Shown here: piece by piece, positions 9,401-15,014 of the stretch
How positions within the stretch are numbered: the first letter of the stretch is position 1
Layout: every line of letters begins with the position of its first letter
From: Edaphobacter aggregans
Lineage (GTDB): Bacteria; Acidobacteriota; Terriglobia; Terriglobales; Acidobacteriaceae
DNA length: 32,000 nt
Direction of reading: 5' to 3'
Assembly (NCBI RefSeq): GCF_003945235.1
Contig: NZ_RSDW01000001.1
Location: 5,430,001-5,462,000, forward strand
Translations under genes and position numbers: made by a program
The notes under the pieces: generated by a model
What the model was told of the DNA's origin: nothing
The model's input: the letters and a program-made list of their open reading frames with translations, nothing else
Database searches by the model: none

Positions 9401-9623
9401 TTGTCGAGTTCGTCTGCGTCCCATTCTGATGACTTCACTCGCTACAATCATCGGACTGCTACCTATGGCTCTTAAGCTAGGAGAGGGCAGCGAGTCCTAT
9501 GCGCCGCTGGCCCAGGCTCTGATCGGTGGTCTTACGCTCTCCGTATTGTTGACTGTCTTTCTGGTTCCAGCCGGATTCTATCTTGCATATCAGCCTAAAA
9601 ATCCTGAGGCTTCCGCGCACTGA
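6450..9623 (+). CDS. RND efflux permease (AcrB/CusA/CzcA superfamily)
   Basis: 1057 aa with 12-TM topology and two large periplasmic loops. The TM4 motif is LIDNSVVVLEN, the TM10 motif is SNSILIVEFA, and the TM11 motif is RLRPILMTSLATIIGLLPMAL. Confidence 0.95.
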   Translation: MSGFSIRNPYLIVVLCLVVMILGVVSVSDMPIDMFPSINLPVVAVATFYSGMPPQQIETNITYHLERQFTLASGIDHMESRSLPGVSLIKVFFRAGTDPDSAAASISSLAMSDLKDMPPGTYPPIILKQDASSIPVALVPLSGSGLSESKLKDLGQNFVRNQLAGVQGASVPQPFGGTWRQIQLYVDPYKLEANQLSPMDVVRSVNDTNVILPAGDAQIGRIDYNIYTNSMLKGPEDIAQVPIKTVGQSTVRVGDVATPQDSFGRQYNIVRVDGQRAVYLPIFKQGGDSNTIAIVDGVRATIKKLYDVPTSLQATVVFDQARFVRTAIETLIHEGGIGLFLTCLMILIFLGSMRATLAVFFSIPLSLFATFIILRLSGSSINSMVLGGLALALSRLIDNSVVVLENIFRHLEGGEAPVVAAEKGGREVALPVLAGTLTTVVVFFPVTMLYGVSRFLFSSLALAVVISLFASYFVALTVVPLFCARFIKSAHGDVVHESAETEYDIPAKADAGQSGIWARFNAHFTKGFDGLLRRYDQLVERVLEVPRATLAIFGFIFVFSLLLFPLLGLSFFPRTDAGQFVINFKAPSGTRLDATNQETAKLEGIIRRIVSKHDMGMIVSNIGVNPGFSALYSPNSAMHTGFTQVALAADHKTSSFAYIDEVKHALATEMPELQTFFSSGSLVDGVLNMGAPAPIDVRVAGNDMTADYNIAQSIASRIRKINGIADVYVPQDIDYPSLRIAIDRNRAGELGLTEKEVVSNLITALTSNQMIAPSIWIDPNSGNNYFLTVMYKDGQIKSLDDLKAIPLHGSNVGQTTRLDMVADLQQFNAPTELDHTQIRRNVDIYVRPQREDLGRITHEIQVIVNSADVPKGMNVTLSGSVNSMNESFHSFAIGLMLSVLLLYLILVAQFRSFLDPFIILLALPPGLMGVMVALLVWHTTLNVMSLMGVVMLAGISLSNSILIVEFAHHLLKEGMSVRDAIVTSCRVRLRPILMTSLATIIGLLPMALKLGEGSESYAPLAQALIGGLTLSVLLTVFLVPAGFYLAYQPKNPEASAH

Positions 9624-9696
9624 GAGGGTTCACTGACCACGAACGTCGTGGAGTTTACATGGGCTTATGATTCACAAATGAGTACGGGGCAAGTAC

Positions 9697-10971
9697 ATGA
9701 ATGGCTGGCTCGACCAACTACATGGTGGTTCGACTGCTTTTCCTCCGGTGGTCACCGCAATCAAACTTGCGGTGGCGTTGGCTATCGGGCTGCTTATTGG
9801 GTTTGAACGTCAGTGGTCTCACAAAGATTTTGGCGTTCGTACCTTCAGCCTTACGGCTCTTCTCGGAGCGTTGACAGCTCTTATTTCGACACCCGTCATG
9901 CTCATGGGAATGCTGGCTACGGTTCTGCTTGCAGTTCTTTTAAACGTGCGGGACATCGTTGCGTCCAGGTCGGTAGAAGGAACGACCTCTGTCGCCTTGG
10001 TGGTCACTTTTGTCCTCGGCGCGCTGATCGGCAACGGGCACATGTTTACTTCGGTCGCCTGCGCAATCGTAGCAACGTGGCTGCTCTCTCTAAAACCCCA
10101 GTTCAAGCAATTTGCAGGAGGGGTACGGGCGGAGGAGATCCGGAGCGCGGTTCTTCTGGGACTTTTCGGATTCGTCATCTGGCCTCTGCTCCCCGATCGT
10201 TACGTCGATCCGTGGAGGCTTTTGGAGCCACGGGAAGCGTGGGTGACTGTTGTTGTCGTGGCCGGCATAGGATTCGCCAACTACGTTCTACTTCGTGTTT
10301 ATGGCAAACGTGGAATTGCCCTCACCGCGATCCTAGGAGGTCTCGTCAATTCGACTGCTGCGGCGGCGGAACTGGCTGCCATCCTTCCTGCCGCAGGACT
10401 CCTCTCGCAAACTGTCCCGGCTGTGCTTCTAACTTCCGTCGCGATGTTCCTTCGGAACGCAGTCTTACTAGGTCTTTTTGGCAGATCGGCGGTCCGGTTC
10501 GCCGTACTTCCATTACTTGCGATGATGGTCGTTGCTACTTATTTTGCCTCCCGGCATCGACAGGTGGATGCAAATCCAAAGGAGTTGGAGCTTCACCTTG
10601 CATCTCCCGTCTCCCTAAAGAGGGTCATCAGTTTCGGATTTCTTTTTATCGCGATCCAAATTGCAGGAACTCTGGCGGTGCGGTGGCTGGGCAACAGTGG
10701 TGTCCTGTTGGTAAGTGTGATCGGGGGAACCGTATCGAGCGCGAGCACGACCGCTGCCGCCGCAAATCTTCTAACCCATGGCAACGTTAGCGCCCAACAA
10801 GCCGGTATCGCGACGGTGTTGACTTCTATAGCGAGTACCACGATGAACCTGCCCATCGTCAAACGGCAGATCAAGGTGCAAGGCGTGATGCGCGAGATCG
10901 TGCTCGCTACGACTCTTCAAGGCATTGTCGGTATAACTATCTTGTTCTGCGAAAGATGGTTTATGCACTAG
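9697..10971 (+). CDS. MgtC/SapB-family membrane protein with DUF4010 C-terminal domain
   Basis: 424 aa and polytopic. The N-terminal MgtC-type motif is AIKLAVALAIGLLIGFERQWSHK..GVRTF, followed by a long hydrophobic DUF4010-like region. Confidence 0.8.
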   Translation: MNGWLDQLHGGSTAFPPVVTAIKLAVALAIGLLIGFERQWSHKDFGVRTFSLTALLGALTALISTPVMLMGMLATVLLAVLLNVRDIVASRSVEGTTSVALVVTFVLGALIGNGHMFTSVACAIVATWLLSLKPQFKQFAGGVRAEEIRSAVLLGLFGFVIWPLLPDRYVDPWRLLEPREAWVTVVVVAGIGFANYVLLRVYGKRGIALTAILGGLVNSTAAAAELAAILPAAGLLSQTVPAVLLTSVAMFLRNAVLLGLFGRSAVRFAVLPLLAMMVVATYFASRHRQVDANPKELELHLASPVSLKRVISFGFLFIAIQIAGTLAVRWLGNSGVLLVSVIGGTVSSASTTAAAANLLTHGNVSAQQAGIATVLTSIASTTMNLPIVKRQIKVQGVMREIVLATTLQGIVGITILFCERWFMH

Positions 10972-11012
10972 GGCTTGCCTGAGCAATATTCATCACATCA
11001 ACCTATATGCAG

Positions 11013-11062
11013 CTTCCGCTGAATAGCACTCGCTAGCAATGAGTGCCACCAGTGATCGGAAG
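11013..11062. terminator. nested hairpin in a convergent gap (possible bidirectional terminator)
   Basis: CTTCCG (11013-18) pairs with CGGAAG (11057-62), enclosing GCACTC (11026-31) paired with GAGTGC (11041-46). It lies between the convergent MgtC-like and MerC-like genes. There is no clear U tract. Confidence 0.3.
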
Positions 11063-11068
11063 CGCCGT

Positions 11069-11512
11069 TTAGCTTGAGTTGCCGCAACTGCAATCGCGAC
11101 AGAATGTGTGATTGGTTCTGTGCGCGGCGATCATGAACCCGCTCCCAACCAGAGTGATGAGAACCTCTGCCCGTGGGACGGCAGACGGGTTGCCCAAATC
11201 TGCGGCGCCGAAGATAAAGGCCAGGCTAACAACCATGAGCACCAGCATGCGCGAAGAGCGAGGGCTCCGGTAACACCTTACCAGCGTAATGGCTCCAAGG
11301 GTGGCGATGGCTACTGCGAGGGTGCGATGTATTCGTTCCTCCGATGGCAGGAAATGAGCCGAGACAGCGGAAAGGGAAAGCAGCACCGGAGTCAGCAGGC
11401 AATGGACCACGCACAGTGTCGATGTCCAGATGCCAATCTGGTCCACTGGAAAAGCTAAAGTCTGGCTTGGGCTGCCCGTCACGGGCGACTCTGGGAGTTG
11501 AGATTCTGTCAT
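11069..11512 (-). CDS. MerC-domain membrane protein (metal permease-like)
   Basis: 147 aa with 4 predicted TMs. The first TM carries CVVHCLLTPVLLSL (the CxxHC pattern of MerC-domain proteins). The C-terminal tail is AAHRTNHTFCRDCSCGNSS (His/Cys cluster). AGGA lies 7 nt before the ATG. Confidence 0.7.
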   Translation of the reverse strand: MTESQLPESPVTGSPSQTLAFPVDQIGIWTSTLCVVHCLLTPVLLSLSAVSAHFLPSEERIHRTLAVAIATLGAITLVRCYRSPRSSRMLVLMVVSLAFIFGAADLGNPSAVPRAEVLITLVGSGFMIAAHRTNHTFCRDCSCGNSS

Positions 11513-11531
11513 GTCAATATCCTATTGAAGT

Positions 11532-11893
11532 TCAACGCCACGGCTCCAGCAAGTGGTCTTTGAATTCACGCGGCAACTCCAATAAATGTCTCGCCTTCAC
11601 CGAGCGGTGCGCCCATTCCACCAGAGACCTGTACTGATTGACGTGAGTGATGTTGCCTAGCCACTGTGATCCAGCCTCTGAATTTATCTCGACAACATTG
11701 GGAAATCGCAAGGACCGACACAGCCGCTCACGGTGAGCTGAAACCGTTTCAGTAGACCGCGCCTACGCCACTCATCTTTTAACCAGTCCACTGGGACTTC
11801 CGGGCGGTCCTTATGGGTCGCTCCGCAGCAGCAGCCATGGCAAACGATCATTTGGCCGATCACACGGCGTTTGGTCCCCAACATTTTCCCCAC
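11532..11893 (-). pseudogene. thioredoxin-like [2Fe-2S] ferredoxin-type Cys-rich protein, interrupted by a 1-nt frameshift
   Basis: Frame 1 (11893/11884 down to 11684) reads (MGK)MLGTKRRVIGQMIVCHGCCCG...LTVSGCVGPCDFP and then stops. A second frame continues without a stop as NVVEINSEAGSQWLGNITHVNQYRSLVEWAHRSVKARHLLELPREFKDHLLEPWR, ending at the stop at 11532-11534. The junction is at a C3/G3 homopolymer (+ strand ATTGGGAAAT, about 11697-11706). Confidence 0.55.
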
Positions 11894-11913
11894 TTCAAAT
11901 CTGAGTCGGGCAA

Positions 11914-11941
11914 AATATACTATAGGGGACTATATTATACC
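11914..11941. promoter_or_regulatory. candidate CsoR/RcnR-family operator (G-tract flanked by AT-rich inverted repeat)
   Basis: Sequence is AATATACTATAG-GGGA-CTATATTATACC. The core TATAG/CTATA arms are perfect and the extended 12-nt arms match 9/12. It is the only palindrome in the 68-bp divergent intergenic region, 21 nt upstream of the repressor TTG start. Confidence 0.4.
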
Positions 11942-11961
11942 TAAGTATTGAGGATCGACAT

Positions 11962-12240
11962 TTGTCTCATACAACAAAAAATAAGGCGAAGACGCTCTCG
12001 CGAGTCCGGCGCATCAAAGGTCAGGTCGAAGCCATCGAACGGGCGCTTGAAGGAGACAGCGAATGCGAGGACATCCTGCAACTCGTTGCTTCGTGCCGCG
12101 GCGCGCTCAACGGATTGATGGCGGAACTGATCGAGGGCCACTTGAAATTTCACGTTTTGGTCGAAGGTCAGAAGACGCTCCCTTCGCAGCGTGAGGCAGC
12201 CGACGAGCTCATAGCAGTAGTCAAGAGGTACTTCAACTAA
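11962..12240 (+). CDS. CsoR/RcnR-family metal-sensing repressor, RcnR-type H-C-H-H fingerprint
   Basis: 92 aa with a TTG start and AGGA 7 nt upstream. Sequence MSHTTKNK...RIKGQVEAIERAL..SEC35EDIL...ELIEGH60LKFH64 places H3, C35, H60 and H64 at exactly the E. coli RcnR Ni/Co-ligand positions. Confidence 0.88.
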   Translation: MSHTTKNKAKTLSRVRRIKGQVEAIERALEGDSECEDILQLVASCRGALNGLMAELIEGHLKFHVLVEGQKTLPSQREAADELIAVVKRYFN

Positions 12241-12256
12241 GGATTCGGAGACGACT

Positions 12257-14221
12257 ATGGCTGTCGTACATGAAAGAAACACACCGGCTGATCTTAGCCA
12301 GATCGCTGAAGCTGGCATCCATCTGCCAGAGCCCACGGATACCCACGAAGAACAGGACGATGAGCACGGTTTTGAAATCGCAGATATTCTCCGTGTCATC
12401 TTTGTAGCGGTTGCCGCCGCAGCGGTGTGGTGCCATCTTTGGGAGCCATTTCATCGGGTCAGCGTAATTGGACTGGCGGCCACGCTGATCGGCGGCTACC
12501 CGATCTTCAAAGAGGCGTTTGAGAACATCATCGAGCGACGCATGACGATGGAGCTTTCCATGACCATTGCGCTCGTCTCCGCGCTGGCAATCGGAGAATT
12601 CTTTACCGCGCTGGTCATTACCGCCTTCGTGTTGGGAGCGGAAATCCTCGAAGGACTCACCGTAGGCCGCGGACGGCGCGCTATTCAGGACATGCTGGAT
12701 TTCCTTTCCCAAATTGCCAGCGTGCTGCGCAATGATCAAGTCATTGAAGTGGACACGAATACGATTCTTCCGGGCGAGATTGTCCTGATTCGGCCCGGCA
12801 GCCGTATTCCAGTTGATGGTCATGTCGTGAGCGGGCACTCCTTTGTCGAACAGGCCGCTATCACCGGCGAGCCGATGCCGAGCGAAAAGACAATAGGCAG
12901 CGAGGTCTACGCCGGCACCATCAATCAGGCGGGTACGCTCCAGGTTCGTGTCGATCGCCTGGGCAAAGAGACGACCTTCGGCAAGATCATTGAAGCGGTC
13001 GAGAATGCCGAGCACTCGCGCGCTCCCATTCAAAAGACGGCGGACCGGCTCGCCGGATATCTGGTCTATTTCGCACTCGGAGCAGCGGTGCTCACCTTCA
13101 TCCTCACCCACAACATCCGATCCACGATCTCCGTCATCATTGTGGCCGGGGCATGCGGTATCGCCGCGGGCACGCCGCTTGCCATCCTGGGCGCGATCGG
13201 GCGCGCTGCACGGCATGGCTCGATCATCAAGGGCGGGATTTATCTGGAAGCACTGGGGCAATTGGATACCGTCTTCCTCGATAAGACAGGCACTTTGACC
13301 TATGGAGTACCTTTGGTCACAAAAATCAGTACCGGGCCGGGAATTTCGGAGCGAACATTGCTCGAAGCAGCGGGCAGCGCTGAAAGAAACTCGGAGCATC
13401 CACTTGGCCGTGCCATTGTCCGGTTCGCCGAGCAGCAGAGGATTACCATCGTCGAGCCCGAGCACTTCGAGTATCGAATTGGCCGCGGCGTGCTGGCCTC
13501 GCTCGATGGCGAACAGGCAGTAGTTGGGAGTCGGGCCTTATTCAAGGAACTCGGAATTGCATTGCCTCAACACGCTGGAACCGCCGACGGAACGGAGATC
13601 CTCGTCGCGCGGGGAGGTCGCTACCATGGTTCTGTGCTGGTCACAGACCAACTGCGCCCCAGTGCCATTGCCGCGGTCAAGGCCCTCCAGGAAATGAAAA
13701 TCAAAGTCATCTTGTTGACAGGAGACACAAGAGGAGCAGCTGAAACCGTAGCCGATCATCTTGGCATCGTTCAGGTCTATCCCGAGTTGCTTCCTCAGCA
13801 GAAGGCAAGTTTCATCGCGGAGCAGGTGCGTAAAGGTCGCACCGTGGCGATGCTCGGAGACGGCATCAACGATGCGCCCGCACTCAGCGAAGCAACTGTC
13901 GGCGTCGCCATGAGCGCGGGTACAGACGTGGCCCGGGAGAGCGCGGATGTCGTGCTGATCGGCAACGATCTGACGAAGTTCGTCGAGACAGTTCAAGTCG
14001 CGCGAAACTGCCGCCGTATCATCCTGCAAAACTTCTACGGGACGCTCATTGTCGATACCGCAGGAATCGGTCTGGCTGCAGCCGGATTCCTCAATCCGCT
14101 TCTAGCGACGTTTATCCATGTTGCATCAGAACTGACATTCATCCTGAATTCGACGCGCCTACTGCCTCCGAGGGAGAAAGGCAAGGTTGCCGACAGTCAG
14201 CAGGAGCCGGCACATGTCTGA
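12257..14221 (+). CDS. heavy-metal translocating P1B-type ATPase with non-canonical TM metal site
   Basis: 654 aa. Motifs present: TGEP (ITGEPMP), DKTGTLT, SEHPLGRAI (HP), GDGINDAPAL and VLTGD-like LLTGD. There is no N-terminal CxxC domain; the acidic/His N-terminus reads THEEQDDEH. The TM4 position reads AGACGIAAGTP where CPC/SPC is expected. Confidence 0.95.
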   Translation: MAVVHERNTPADLSQIAEAGIHLPEPTDTHEEQDDEHGFEIADILRVIFVAVAAAAVWCHLWEPFHRVSVIGLAATLIGGYPIFKEAFENIIERRMTMELSMTIALVSALAIGEFFTALVITAFVLGAEILEGLTVGRGRRAIQDMLDFLSQIASVLRNDQVIEVDTNTILPGEIVLIRPGSRIPVDGHVVSGHSFVEQAAITGEPMPSEKTIGSEVYAGTINQAGTLQVRVDRLGKETTFGKIIEAVENAEHSRAPIQKTADRLAGYLVYFALGAAVLTFILTHNIRSTISVIIVAGACGIAAGTPLAILGAIGRAARHGSIIKGGIYLEALGQLDTVFLDKTGTLTYGVPLVTKISTGPGISERTLLEAAGSAERNSEHPLGRAIVRFAEQQRITIVEPEHFEYRIGRGVLASLDGEQAVVGSRALFKELGIALPQHAGTADGTEILVARGGRYHGSVLVTDQLRPSAIAAVKALQEMKIKVILLTGDTRGAAETVADHLGIVQVYPELLPQQKASFIAEQVRKGRTVAMLGDGINDAPALSEATVGVAMSAGTDVARESADVVLIGNDLTKFVETVQVARNCRRIILQNFYGTLIVDTAGIGLAAAGFLNPLLATFIHVASELTFILNSTRLLPPREKGKVADSQQEPAHV

Positions 14222-14231
14222 GGATTGCTGA

Positions 14232-14357
14232 ATGCGCCAATTTGTCCGATCAGGCATAATGCGGACAATCTTTACTGTTCTGTCATGGATTTTTGTGTTC
14301 CTGTTAGTGCTTTTCTACTTTCGGGTTCTGATGAAGGGATATTTCTGGATGGACTAG
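14232..14357 (+). CDS. possible 41-aa single-TM small protein immediately downstream of the ATPase
   Basis: GAGGA (14220-14224, overlapping the ATPase stop) lies 7 nt before the ATG at 14232. Translation MRQFVRSGIMRTIFTVLSWIFVFLLVLFYFRVLMKGYFWMD contains one aromatic-rich TM helix. It is too short for the ORF track and I recognise no homology. Confidence 0.3.
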   Translation: MRQFVRSGIMRTIFTVLSWIFVFLLVLFYFRVLMKGYFWMD

Positions 14358-14961
14358 CTCTAGTCTCCGCGTAATTTCCAAAGTCGCTAGGGTAGAACGT
14401 AGGTGAAGCCTCAAGGGAGAGGCTGATGGCATTTGCCATAGGCTTGATGGAATGAGCCAAAAGACTAAGGTTTTACCCCTCGCCGTTGTCGCATCGCTGC
14501 TACCTGCTTGTTACGCTGAAAGTGGCTAACATCTCCTACGATCAAGACAAAGGCAAGTATTGTCACTGCACCTGCCTGGGGCTGGCTACTCGAACAAGAC
14601 CACGCGACGAACTCGCTTTGTTTATTAAAGGCTGCGCAATGCCGATCGGCGCCCCCATGGCAGTTGCAATTACCGTGACGGTTCGTTTAGCAAGCTCGAA
14701 CAAAATTTGGTGATTCAGTCGGTATGGCAATCAAGAAATTGTTCGTGACAGCCATACCCCGACAGCAACAGCTAATAATATTAATAGGCATAGAAGCACC
14801 ATGCTCATTCTCTCTCGCGAGCTCCAAGCGATCATTTTTATTCTGCGCCTGCGAGCGCTATTGCTAAAGTGTCTCCATCGGGGATAAGCCATCGACCTTC
14901 CTAGCTCCGACGACGTGTGATTTCCTCTTATGAAACATGAGCGAGCAATCAAGGAGAAGGG

Positions 14962-14987
14962 CGCGGCGCTCTCTGCGGAGTGCCGCG
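14962..14987. terminator. strong GC hairpin between the convergent ATPase and TonB-receptor units
   Basis: CGCGGCGCTC (14962-71) pairs with GAGTGCCGCG (14978-87): a 10-bp stem (one G-U on the + transcript) with hexaloop TCTGCG. It lies 27 nt downstream of the receptor stop (15015). Both sides are moderately U-rich. Confidence 0.45.
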
Positions 14988-15014
14988 TCATTGTTGGCTC
15001 GTTTAGCGATGCGA

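Noticed and set aside
9813-10790. 325-aa same-strand alternative-frame ORF inside the MgtC/DUF4010 gene
   Set aside because: Its translation is Arg/Cys/Ser-rich and non-hydrophobic, whereas the overlapping frame gives a coherent polytopic membrane protein with the MgtC motif. I treat it as a frame artefact.
12233-13465. 410-aa ORF antisense to the P1B ATPase gene
   Set aside because: It lies fully inside a gene with unambiguous P-type ATPase motifs on the other strand. Its translation is low-complexity, Arg/Gly/Asp-rich, with no recognisable motif. This is the typical shadow ORF of a GC-rich gene.
14731-14991. 86-aa minus-strand ORF downstream of the TonB-dependent receptor
   Set aside because: Its start codon lies just upstream of the strong hairpin at 14962-14987, which falls inside its first codons. 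It has no SD, odd composition and no motif apart from a short hydrophobic tail. This is more likely terminator/spacer DNA.
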